From positions 14,984 to 78,983 of the forward strand of contig JAJYDE010000008.1 in NCBI GenBank assembly GCA_021777755.1: a stretch of DNA of 64,000 nucleotides, in the 5' to 3' direction. The position numbers and the translations under genes were made by a program. The notes under the pieces were generated by a model. That model worked only from the letters and a program-made list of their open reading frames with translations, had not been told where the DNA came from and did not search any database. Below are positions 1-8,868 of this stretch, piece by piece. How positions within the stretch are numbered: position 1 is the stretch's first letter; every line of letters begins with the position of its first letter. The DNA is from Deltaproteobacteria bacterium. GTDB lineage: Bacteria > Desulfobacterota > Syntrophobacteria > Syntrophobacterales > Syntrophobacteraceae.

Positions 1-38
1 CTCGACTGGCCTGGCCACACGGGGAGGGGCGGATCGGC

Positions 39-1166
39 ATGAGAAAAGCTGAGGGCGCCAGGCACAAGCTCGATGAAATGGTGGACCTCGTCCGCAGGCA
101 ATCCGATCTCGAAAGAAGATTGGAAAGCCGACCGAACACCTTGATCGAAAACCATCCTCATCTCGTAGGCTATGCATTTTTAGCCTTTCTTGCCGCAATA
201 CTCGTTTTTTTCCACTTGACCGTTTTGGCGCTTTCCTTTCTTTTTCTCTATTTTGTTTCCGATCTCATGACCGGCGACATTCACCGGGCACTGCCGTTTG
301 TGCCAAAAGCCGCGCTTTTCGCGTTGCTCTATACCGTGGTTGTTTTGGCCATTATACTGCTGTCCTATCAAGTGGTCCCGATGATGGTTAAAAATTTGCC
401 GGAACTGTCCAATCAACTTCGGGTCCAGGTGGTAAGAGATCTGAAAACGGCAACCCGAAGATGGGACCTCCCTGCCTACGTCAACGTTGATGAATTGAAG
501 ACCTCGATCGTCAAGGCAAGCGCCGATATTTTGCATTTCCTGGCAACCAGCCTGACACCGCTCTACAAGGGAGTCATTCAATTCGTCTTCGCTTTGGGGA
601 TAAACCTGTTTTTCTATTTCGAATCCGATAAGGTCGAGCAGGCCTTTACGCGAAATCCCGACAGCCTTATGACGTTTTTGTACAAGTTCTCCCGGACGAG
701 ATTGAAAATATTCTACATCTATTTCAGGCGCGTCATGGGAGGGCAGGTGATAATAGCGCTCATCAACACGCTCATCTCGCTGGTGGTGATCTTCGGTCTG
801 CCGTTGCGTCACCAGTTTCTGATGGTTTTCGTGGTTTTTTTCTGCGGGCTTTTTCCGGTTGTCGGAAACCTGATGTCAAACAGTGTTTTGACTATCAACG
901 CATTCGTGGCCGCGGGAATGTGGGGAACGGCGATCTGCCTGATAATGCTGATAGCGGTGCACAAGCTGGAATATTTTTTGAACTCGAGAATAATCGGAGG
1001 CATAGTGCATCTGCCGATGGCGGTTTCCCTCGGGGCGTTGATATTTTTCGAAGTCCTGCTTGGAATTCCCGGCCTTATTCTGGCCATGCCCCTGGTGCTT
1101 TTTTTCCGTCATGAACTGGAAAACATCCGGGGGATTTCTTCGCCGGGGCGTGTAAGCTCCGGATAA
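39..1166 (+). CDS. AI-2E family (PerM/UPF0118-like) inner-membrane transporter
   Basis: 375-aa ORF with multiple hydrophobic spans. The C-terminal half (GLFPVVGNLMSN ... LLGIPGLILAMPLV) has the layout of AI-2E permeases. Family assigned by recognition, not by search. Confidence 0.7.
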   Translation: MRKAEGARHKLDEMVDLVRRQSDLERRLESRPNTLIENHPHLVGYAFLAFLAAILVFFHLTVLALSFLFLYFVSDLMTGDIHRALPFVPKAALFALLYTVVVLAIILLSYQVVPMMVKNLPELSNQLRVQVVRDLKTATRRWDLPAYVNVDELKTSIVKASADILHFLATSLTPLYKGVIQFVFALGINLFFYFESDKVEQAFTRNPDSLMTFLYKFSRTRLKIFYIYFRRVMGGQVIIALINTLISLVVIFGLPLRHQFLMVFVVFFCGLFPVVGNLMSNSVLTINAFVAAGMWGTAICLIMLIAVHKLEYFLNSRIIGGIVHLPMAVSLGALIFFEVLLGIPGLILAMPLVLFFRHELENIRGISSPGRVSSG

Positions 1167-1190
1167 AGCCGGGCCGATGGGTTGATCGAC

Positions 1191-1988
1191 TCACCGCCTG
1201 GAACATTTTATTTGTTCATAGCCGATTCTGTTGAGGATTGCGCCCAGCCGCTCCCCCCTTATGTTGTTGGCGAAATAAATGTCGAGGCAGTTTTCTATGA
1301 TCCCCCGCGTTTGGTCTTGAGAGTAAATCCCCTCCATCTCTTTGCCCAGTTGAGGATGGCGGCCGAGCTTGCCTCCAAGCAGCACGCGCCAGCCCTTTTG
1401 CGCCTCCTGGATGGCCCCCGAAGGGCATGCTTCGATACACTTGCCGCACATCACGCACCTGCCGGCATCGATTGCGGGGACCGCCGATCCGGTTACGGCA
1501 TGGATGGCACCCTCGGCGCAGGAGGATAGACATGTCGAGCATCCCGTACAGCAGGAGTCCACAATCCGGGGACGCACGGCCCCTATTATGCCTATGTCGG
1601 AAATCTGGGGACGCGAACATCCGTTGGGGCAGTCTGAGAAACAAATCCGGAATTCGTGGTGAATTTTCAGAGCGTCTTTGGTCCGCTCCTTTAAAAACCC
1701 GGCGATGTCACGGTTCAAGAGCAGCCTGTCCAACTCGCCCGCGAGTTTTTCACTGTCGTTTGCCCGGTTTGTGCATCCGTTTGGGCCAAAACAGTTTTCT
1801 ATTTGGTATCCTTTGGAGTCAAGGGGCTTTCCTGTGAGCGCCTTTTTTTTGCATTCAAGGACGTGTTTTAGCAGAACTCTCTGCGCGCCTTGCCTCGCAG
1901 CTTCTTTTTCCACCTCCATCCGCACCCTTCGCCTGACGAAAAAGGGTGCCTTCATAACCGCCTCTTCGGCTTCACGCGTCCAGATCAT
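1191..1988 (-). CDS. Fe-S protein: PCP_red-like N-terminal domain fused to a sulfite/nitrite-reductase-like module with two 4Fe-4S ferredoxin motifs
   Basis: 265 aa. The N-terminus WTREAEEAVMKAPFFVRRRVRMEVEKEAARQG resembles the protochlorophyllide-reductase C-terminal (PCP_red) domain. It carries CTGCSTCLSSCP-type and CVMCGKCIEACP ferredoxin motifs, and the C-terminal LLGGKLGRH resembles sulfite reductase beta-type proteins. Confidence 0.6.
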   Translation of the reverse strand: MIWTREAEEAVMKAPFFVRRRVRMEVEKEAARQGAQRVLLKHVLECKKKALTGKPLDSKGYQIENCFGPNGCTNRANDSEKLAGELDRLLLNRDIAGFLKERTKDALKIHHEFRICFSDCPNGCSRPQISDIGIIGAVRPRIVDSCCTGCSTCLSSCAEGAIHAVTGSAVPAIDAGRCVMCGKCIEACPSGAIQEAQKGWRVLLGGKLGRHPQLGKEMEGIYSQDQTRGIIENCLDIYFANNIRGERLGAILNRIGYEQIKCSRR

Positions 1989-2214
1989 TGACCCACCTCG
2001 CAGGATAAAACGATAAAAATTTGCCTTTTAGACAAAATTTTACCCCATGGCCGTCGTTTAGACCATTGACTTGGATCAAGGTCGTGCGAAAAATTGCACC
2101 ATAAGAAAGTGCTCGCGTCCGCTTATCGCCCCGGGGGCCTTGGCCTGCGGTTTTCTGGTCATGGCCTGATATGCTCGACCTTTTCTGTTACCTTAGCCGA
2201 AAGGGACCCATCTC

Positions 2215-3411
2215 ATGAAAAAGGCGCTGAGAGAACTTGCCTGCGCTCTTAACAGGGCTGATCCTTCCGCGGCTTTTGCTTTCAGACTCTGGGACGGAGA
2301 ACTCATAGGATATGGTTCCACGCCGAGGACGACCATGGCCCTGAGGACTCCGGCGGTACCCGAAAGGTTGTTCGGCAAAGGGTTCCTGGGATTTGGAGAG
2401 GCCTATGTTTCAGGGGAGCTCGAAATCGAGGGAGACCTGCAGGAACTCCTGCGGCTGGGATTTGGCATGGGTTTTGATGAAAATCGTTCGCTGCGGGAGA
2501 AAATAGGGCTTTTGCCTTATTATCTCAAAACGAAGGCGACGGTGGACCGTTCGAGGAAAAACATTGCCCGTCACTACGATCTGGCGCCGGAATTCTATTC
2601 TCTTTTTCTCGATGAGTCTCTCACCTATTCCTGTGGATATTTCAGGAGCCAAAAGGATTCTTTGGCCCTGGCGCAGCGGCAAAAATACGATCTGATCGCC
2701 CGCAAACTGAGGCTAGGCCAAGGGGATACGATTCTGGACATCGGATGCGGCTATGGGGGCATGTTGCTGCGGGCCGTGCGGCAATGTGGTGCAAAAGGGC
2801 TTGGAATAACGCTTTCAAAGAACCAGTATGGTCATGTGCGCGGCAAAATCGCAGAGGCCGGGCTTGAGGGGGTCCTTGAGGTTAAGCTGCTCGACTACAG
2901 AGACCTTGTGGGAAAATTTGATAAAGTGGTGTCCATCGGGATGTTTGAACATGTCGGCAGAAGGTATATCCCGGTTTTCATGAAGCAGGTCGCAAAGCTT
3001 TTGAAAAAGGGGGGCACGGGTTTGCTGCACACGATTGCCAAGGAAGTCGAGTCGCCAACCGACCCCTGGACCCTGCGCTACATTTTCCCGGGCGGCTATA
3101 TCCCGGGGCTTGCGGAGACGTTGCGCGAAATGGGGCGGGCCGGTCTGTGCGTGCTTGACGTCGAACCTCTGCGGCTTCACTATGCCAGGACTCTCGACCG
3201 CTGGATAGAAAACTTTGAAAAGAATGCGGGAAAAATCGCTGAGATGTTTGGCGAGCGGTTTGTGCGCATGTGGCGTCTGTATCTCAATTCCTCCTCGGCG
3301 GGATTCAAATACGGGAATACCCGTGTCTACCAGATCCTTTTTTCCAATGGACTGAACAACGACTTGCCCGCCATTCGCGGCTACGAGGATTCCGCGGAGA
3401 ACGTGAACTGA
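2215..3411 (+). CDS. cfa: cyclopropane-fatty-acyl-phospholipid synthase (CMAS-family SAM methyltransferase)
   Basis: 398 aa. Carries HYDLAPEFYSLFLDESLTYSCGYF and the SAM motif ILDIGCGYGGM, plus a C-terminal RMWRLYL typical of the Cfa/CMAS family. Confidence 0.85.
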   Translation: MKKALRELACALNRADPSAAFAFRLWDGELIGYGSTPRTTMALRTPAVPERLFGKGFLGFGEAYVSGELEIEGDLQELLRLGFGMGFDENRSLREKIGLLPYYLKTKATVDRSRKNIARHYDLAPEFYSLFLDESLTYSCGYFRSQKDSLALAQRQKYDLIARKLRLGQGDTILDIGCGYGGMLLRAVRQCGAKGLGITLSKNQYGHVRGKIAEAGLEGVLEVKLLDYRDLVGKFDKVVSIGMFEHVGRRYIPVFMKQVAKLLKKGGTGLLHTIAKEVESPTDPWTLRYIFPGGYIPGLAETLREMGRAGLCVLDVEPLRLHYARTLDRWIENFEKNAGKIAEMFGERFVRMWRLYLNSSSAGFKYGNTRVYQILFSNGLNNDLPAIRGYEDSAENVN

Positions 3412-3638
3412 CGTTGTCTTCATTTAAAACGCGAGGCTTTCGGACCGGGCGGAAGACAAATGAATGAGCGCGTTGGCGAACCGGTCTTCCAACGGCAGCC
3501 TCACCCGAGTCCAAAAAACTTTCCCGGAAACCGCTTTTTATCGTTAAAATGAATCGCGTACATTCCTGGCAGGGGGGGGAGCCGCTCGCTTCTCCCCGGC
3601 TTTTTTTCAACGCGGCTGTCCGTGCGGGAGAGAATTTT

Positions 3639-5606
3639 TTGCTGAGTTTAAATGGCGTTTCAAAATTTCTGGGAAAGAAGGAACTTTTTCGCGATCTGTC
3701 CTTTCACGTGCATGCGGCGGATAGAATCGGTCTCATAGGGCCAAATGGGGCGGGAAAATCGACCCTTTTCGGCGTCATGCTGGGTTCGATCGAACCGGAT
3801 TCGGGCAGTGTGGTCCGCATCGGTGGAGTTCGACCGGGGTGGCTGCCACAGGAGATGATTCCCGCACAAGGCAAATCGGTAATCGAGCGGGCCTGCGACG
3901 TTTGTGAACAGTCACAGCGGCTTAGGGCCGAGCTCGACAGCCTACAAAGCGCGATGCATCTTGAAAAGCAGGCAACGGTTCTAACCGAGCTTGCGTCCAA
4001 ACACGCGGCCGCCTTTGAAAAACTCGAGCACCTCGTGGGTTACAACCTGGAGGCCAGGGCTGAAAAGGTCCTCGTGGGGCTCGGGTTTTCGGCCCGGCAG
4101 TTCAAACTGCCGGTAACGGCCCTTAGCGGCGGGTTGGTCATGCGGCTTGAGCTTGCAAGGCTTCTTCTTGCCCAAACCGACCTTTTGCTCCTCGACGAGC
4201 CCACAAACCATCTGGATCTGGACAGCCTCATGTGGCTGGAAGATTACCTGCTGAATTGCTCCTCGGCTCTTGTCCTCGTTTCGCACGACCGTGCCTTTCT
4301 AAACCGCACCGTTTCGCGCATCGTCGAGATCGAGGGGGGAATGATCCAGGACTATGCGGGCAACTATGATTTCTACCTGGAGGAAAAGGCCAAACGGATG
4401 GAAATCAGGATGGCCACCTACAAAAACCAGCAGGATCGCATCCGGCAAATCGAACGGTTTATCGATAAGAACAGGTACAATAACAAGAAGGCCGCTCAGG
4501 CTCAAAGCCGCATAAAAGTATTGGAAAAAATGGAAAAGATCGAAGCTCCATCGACCTCGTCGGAAATCCGTTTCGGGTTTCCCCCGGGCACCCGTTCGGG
4601 AAAGAAGGTCATGGAGTTGGTGCGGATGGGAAAATCCTACGGTGACAATACAGTCTATTCGGACATAGACCTCATTATCACCAGAGGGGATAAGATCGCC
4701 TTCATGGGGCCGAACGGGGCGGGAAAGAGCACACTTCTGAAAATCCTCTCCGGGTCGGTAAAGCCCGATTGCGGAGAAGTCCTGGCAGGTCTTCACACCG
4801 CGACCGGCTATTATGCCCAGCATCAATGGGAGCAGCTAAACCCGGAGGCAACGGTTTACGAAGAGGCTCTGTCGGTTTCGGGCGACATGGCGCAGTCTCA
4901 ATTGCGTGCTCTTCTGGGGTCGTTTCTTTTTCAGGGAGACGATGTGTTCAAGAAAACCTCGGTTCTCAGCGGAGGCGAAAAGGCCCGCCTGGTTTTATCC
5001 AAGTTGCTGCTTCAGCGGCCCAACTTTTTGCTCCTGGACGAACCGACTAACCATCTCGACATTGCATCCAGAGTCGTTTTGGAGAAGGCGCTGGGCGAAT
5101 TTGACGGAACGATTTGCTTTATCAGCCACGACAGGCGGTTCATAAACGCGGTGGCCAACAAGATACTGGTTGCCGGAAGCGGGGGCATCCATCTGTTCCC
5201 CGGAAACTACGACGACTACCTGCAGACCTGGAAGAGCCGCCTCGACGATTCGCCCCAGGAGGCGGATGGAAAGCCGGGGGGAAACGGCGTAAAATCGCAG
5301 ACCGCCCAAAAAAGAGCGCAAGCCGAATGGAGAAACCAGCTTTTTCGCGCCAAAAAGCCTGTCCAGGATATGATAGAGGGTATCGAGAAAGAGCTCGATT
5401 CCTGCCATGCGGAGCTGGAGGGGCTGCGAGAGCAGCTCTCCGATACGGCCACCTACAGGCAGGGAAAGCTTGCCGTCGAGATCCAAGGCAAATACCGGCA
5501 GGTTCAGAGCAGGCTCGATAATCTGAGCGGCCAATGGGAGGCCAAGGTTCTTGAACTGGAGCAGATAGAGGAAGGATTCCGGACAGCAAGGGCAAAGGAT
5601 GCGTAA
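3639..5606 (+). CDS. ABC-F family ATPase (Uup/YheS-like, no membrane domain)
   Basis: Two Walker A motifs (GPNGAGKST twice), two signatures (LSGGLVMR, LSGGEKAR), an inter-domain linker and a C-terminal coiled coil. The ORF opens at ATG 3549 without an RBS. TTG 3639 follows GGGAGAG and gives a canonical LLSLNGVSK N-terminus, but the start remains uncertain. Confidence 0.85.
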   Translation: MLSLNGVSKFLGKKELFRDLSFHVHAADRIGLIGPNGAGKSTLFGVMLGSIEPDSGSVVRIGGVRPGWLPQEMIPAQGKSVIERACDVCEQSQRLRAELDSLQSAMHLEKQATVLTELASKHAAAFEKLEHLVGYNLEARAEKVLVGLGFSARQFKLPVTALSGGLVMRLELARLLLAQTDLLLLDEPTNHLDLDSLMWLEDYLLNCSSALVLVSHDRAFLNRTVSRIVEIEGGMIQDYAGNYDFYLEEKAKRMEIRMATYKNQQDRIRQIERFIDKNRYNNKKAAQAQSRIKVLEKMEKIEAPSTSSEIRFGFPPGTRSGKKVMELVRMGKSYGDNTVYSDIDLIITRGDKIAFMGPNGAGKSTLLKILSGSVKPDCGEVLAGLHTATGYYAQHQWEQLNPEATVYEEALSVSGDMAQSQLRALLGSFLFQGDDVFKKTSVLSGGEKARLVLSKLLLQRPNFLLLDEPTNHLDIASRVVLEKALGEFDGTICFISHDRRFINAVANKILVAGSGGIHLFPGNYDDYLQTWKSRLDDSPQEADGKPGGNGVKSQTAQKRAQAEWRNQLFRAKKPVQDMIEGIEKELDSCHAELEGLREQLSDTATYRQGKLAVEIQGKYRQVQSRLDNLSGQWEAKVLELEQIEEGFRTARAKDA

Positions 5607-6499
5607 TGGATATTCACCGGCTGATGATTTTTTGCAAGGTCGTCGAGCTTCAAAGCTTTACAAAGGCCGCCGAGGCTTTGGGGCTTACACAGCCCACCGT
5701 AAGCGAGCACATCCGGGCGCTTGAAGATTCGCTCGGGGAAAAACTGATAGACCGGCTTGGACGCGAGACCGTGGCGAGCCCGGCTGGAAAAGTTCTCCAC
5801 AAATACGCCCGTGAGATCATTCAGCTCCGGGATCGAGCCGTCCAGGCCATCGGCAAATTCAAAGGCGACCTGTGCGGCTCCCTTTACCTCGGGGCGAGCA
5901 CCATCCCCGGGACCTATATACTTCCGAGGCTTGTTGGGACCTTCAAGGCCGTTTATCCCGCAATCCAGATTACCGTCAGAATCGGGGGCAGCGGGGAAAT
6001 CGTCAAGAAAATCCTCGACGGGGGAGTCGAGTTCGGAATAATCGGCGCCAGGTGGGATGAAAGGAAGATTCTGCTTGAGGAGATTTACTCGGACGAGCTT
6101 GTGCTGGCGGTCTACAGGGGACATCCGTGGCAACTGCGCGAATCGGTGGAACTCGATGAACTTGCGGGGGCGCCCTTCGTGCTTCGAGAACGTTCGTCGG
6201 GGACCCGGATGGTGACCGCCAGGGCTCTGGATGCGGCCGGGTTTTCCCCCTCGCTCTTAAACGTGGTGGCCGAGATGGGCACAACCGAATCGGTACGGGA
6301 GGCCATAAAGGCAAGGATCGGGATTTCCATAATTTCGCGCTACGCGGTGCGCGAAGACATCGAAAGGGGCAATCTTGTCGCGGTACCTCTAAAAGAGGTC
6401 AATATTCGCAGGCCGTTTTTTCTGGCGCAAAGAAAGAATCGGGAACTCTCGCCTCTATGTTGCGCTTTTCTGGAACATCTTAGAACCGGGGAGGGATAG
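5606..6499 (+). CDS. LysR-family transcriptional regulator
   Basis: The N-terminal wHTH MDIHRLMIFCKVVELQSFTKAAEALGLTQPTVSEHIRALE is followed by a LysR substrate-binding-type C-terminus. The start overlaps the ABC-F stop (TAATG). Confidence 0.85.
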   Translation: MDIHRLMIFCKVVELQSFTKAAEALGLTQPTVSEHIRALEDSLGEKLIDRLGRETVASPAGKVLHKYAREIIQLRDRAVQAIGKFKGDLCGSLYLGASTIPGTYILPRLVGTFKAVYPAIQITVRIGGSGEIVKKILDGGVEFGIIGARWDERKILLEEIYSDELVLAVYRGHPWQLRESVELDELAGAPFVLRERSSGTRMVTARALDAAGFSPSLLNVVAEMGTTESVREAIKARIGISIISRYAVREDIERGNLVAVPLKEVNIRRPFFLAQRKNRELSPLCCAFLEHLRTGEG

Positions 6500-6562
6500 G
6501 CGAGCTGTTTCATGTTACTTCAAGACACCGGCGTTTCTTTCCGCTTCTTTCTCCAATGCGGC

Positions 6563-7261
6563 TCAAAAGGACGACGATCCGATGGTGTGAATGACGCCGG
6601 AGACATATCTTTTGATGTCGCTTAAAGCGACGCTGTTTTCCCTGTCGAATTCGACGCCTATTTCCAGAAACTCCGAATCCCTGCTGAAATATTTGACCAT
6701 GCTGTCAATCTCTTGAGCCCTGGCCGCTTCGGCAATGTAAAAACAGAGGCTGATCCTCTGTCCTATATCCAAGGCCAAGGGGTCGGCCCCGACATTGTCA
6801 AGGCAAACCTTGCAGCCCCCCTCGCTGATGTTGACGATTATGGCTCGATACTCGCCTCGCCCGGCCTTGACGGTGGCCGAAAAGCCGCACGGCACACGTG
6901 GAGCTTTTCGTATCTTCCAGGATTTTATGATGTCGGGATAATCCAGAAAGATCATCAGCGCGGGTTTAATGATAGAAGAACTGATTGTTGCAGTGAAGGC
7001 ATAAGCGTTGCCTTCACTGATAAAGGAGACAAAGAGGGATTCTCCTTCGCTCAGCCTGCCCAAAAGTTCATGGGTGGCAAAAACGCGGACTATGAGGTAC
7101 TCGCCCGGAGTCATTCCGGCCAGGACCCCGGTAAAGCGGATTTTCTGATCCTTAAGCCCGTGCTCAAGCTTTAATCGCGAGCCGACAGCCATTTTCAGCA
7201 GCGGGTCCAGCAGGGGCGCCTCGAATTCCTCAGCCGTCGATTTCCCGGGATCGAATCCCAT
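6563..7261 (-). CDS. PilZ-domain c-di-GMP-binding protein (YcgR-like two-domain layout)
   Basis: 232 aa. The RKAPR (RxxxR) motif is followed by NISEGG (D/NxSxxG) in the C-terminal half, and the N-terminal beta-rich domain resembles PilZN. Confidence 0.7.
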   Translation of the reverse strand: MGFDPGKSTAEEFEAPLLDPLLKMAVGSRLKLEHGLKDQKIRFTGVLAGMTPGEYLIVRVFATHELLGRLSEGESLFVSFISEGNAYAFTATISSSIIKPALMIFLDYPDIIKSWKIRKAPRVPCGFSATVKAGRGEYRAIIVNISEGGCKVCLDNVGADPLALDIGQRISLCFYIAEAARAQEIDSMVKYFSRDSEFLEIGVEFDRENSVALSDIKRYVSGVIHTIGSSSF

Positions 7262-7515
7262 AAAGTATCCAAGGACCTCCTCTCTTTAATCGGGTTTGAA
7301 AATATTGTCGGTGGAAAATCGAATGGACGTTTCCTTTCTACCATAGAATTACAAATCGGGCAAAGAAGCTGCGAATGTTAATGGATTTTTGCCCGCCGGG
7401 ACAAATTTGCCGCGGTCCAGGCTGCCGGTGAGTCTTAAAAGAACTCGATTTTGATTGTTCCCGGGGCGCAGATCATATAGATTGTCGGGATCAAAAATCG
7501 TTAAAAGGCAAGGAA

Positions 7516-8769
7516 TTGAAAGCAGGCAATTGGATCAGATCTTACGGCAACAGGCGGGTTTTGTGCCTTGTCGGTCTTGGTTTTTCATCCGGCCTTCCCC
7601 TGGCGCTGACGGCTTCAACGCTTCAGGCCTGGCTCGTGACGGAAAAAGTTGGCCTGGGCGAGATCGGCCTGTTTTCCCTGGTAAGCTTGCCCTATACGCT
7701 CAAGGTCCTCTGGTCGCCGATAATGGACCGGTTCAGCCCGCCGTGGCTGGGAAGGAGGCGCGGCTGGATCCTGTCGCTTCAGGCGCTTCTCGCGCTCGCG
7801 ATCTTTCTGCTCGGACGGTGTTCGCCGGTTTCCATGCCTTTTTTGGTGGCTTTTGCCGCCATGCTCACGGCCTTTTTGAGCGCCAGCCAGGATATTGTCA
7901 TCGATGCCTATCGAACCGATGTTCTTCGTGAAAGCGAGCTGGGACCGGGGGCGGCGGCGGGCGCGGTCGGCTACAGGGTCTCCATGTTGGTCTCGGGCGC
8001 CCTCGCCCTCATCTTGTCCGATCACATGGCGTGGCGCACCGTTTATTGCGTGATGGCCGCCGTCATGCTCGCAAGTATCTGCTTTACGCTCATGGCCCCG
8101 GAGCCCGAGGTGAAGGTGAGAGCTCCCAAGAGCTTGAAGGAGGCCGTATGGGGGCCGCTGGTCAGCTACTTCAAGCGCTCGGGAGCCGTCGAGATGCTCT
8201 TTTTCATCATGATTTACAAACTGGGGAGCGTCATGGCCGGGACCATGACAACTCCCTTTTTGCTGAGCATCGGTTTCAGCCGCACGGACGTGGGCATGGT
8301 CAATAAATTCTTCGGCCTCTTCAGCACTATTGTCGGGACTTTGGTCGGAGGTAGAATTATTGCCGGGATCGGCATAAACCGTTCGCTTTGGGTTTTTGGT
8401 TTCGCACAGGCGATGTCCAATTTTTCGTTCGCCGCTCTGGCCTTTGTCGGCAAAAGCTTCCCCGGGCTGATCGTTGCCGTTGGCGTCGAGAACCTTTTCG
8501 GCGGGATGGGGGATGCGGCCTTTATCGCTTTTTTCATGAGCCTTTGCGACAAGCGCTTCACCGCGACCCAGTATGCGCTTCTAACAAGCTTCATGGCTGT
8601 GGACAGAGTTGTGGCGGGTGCGCCCATGGGGGCCGCGGCGCAATTTCTGGGCTGGCCCGCCTATTTCTCGCTCAGTGTTCTTGCCGCCGTCCCCGGCCTC
8701 GCGCTCCTTAGGAGGTTCGCCCCCTGGAACGGTGGCGGAAGGGCCGTTGCAACCATTGGCACCGATTAG
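7516..8769 (+). CDS. ampG: AmpG-family muropeptide MFS permease
   Basis: 417 aa with 12-14 hydrophobic spans. LPYTLKVLWSPIMDRFSPPWLGRRRGW is the AmpG signature region. TTG start. Confidence 0.8.
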   Translation: MKAGNWIRSYGNRRVLCLVGLGFSSGLPLALTASTLQAWLVTEKVGLGEIGLFSLVSLPYTLKVLWSPIMDRFSPPWLGRRRGWILSLQALLALAIFLLGRCSPVSMPFLVAFAAMLTAFLSASQDIVIDAYRTDVLRESELGPGAAAGAVGYRVSMLVSGALALILSDHMAWRTVYCVMAAVMLASICFTLMAPEPEVKVRAPKSLKEAVWGPLVSYFKRSGAVEMLFFIMIYKLGSVMAGTMTTPFLLSIGFSRTDVGMVNKFFGLFSTIVGTLVGGRIIAGIGINRSLWVFGFAQAMSNFSFAALAFVGKSFPGLIVAVGVENLFGGMGDAAFIAFFMSLCDKRFTATQYALLTSFMAVDRVVAGAPMGAAAQFLGWPAYFSLSVLAAVPGLALLRRFAPWNGGGRAVATIGTD

Positions 8770-8868
8770 TGACCGCTAGCGGTCACCAGAAAAGGCTTGG
8801 TTTTTGAACCATAATTTTGCTACTGTTTAAAATTTGCATCCTTCTGTTCGGAGGAAGACTTACATATC

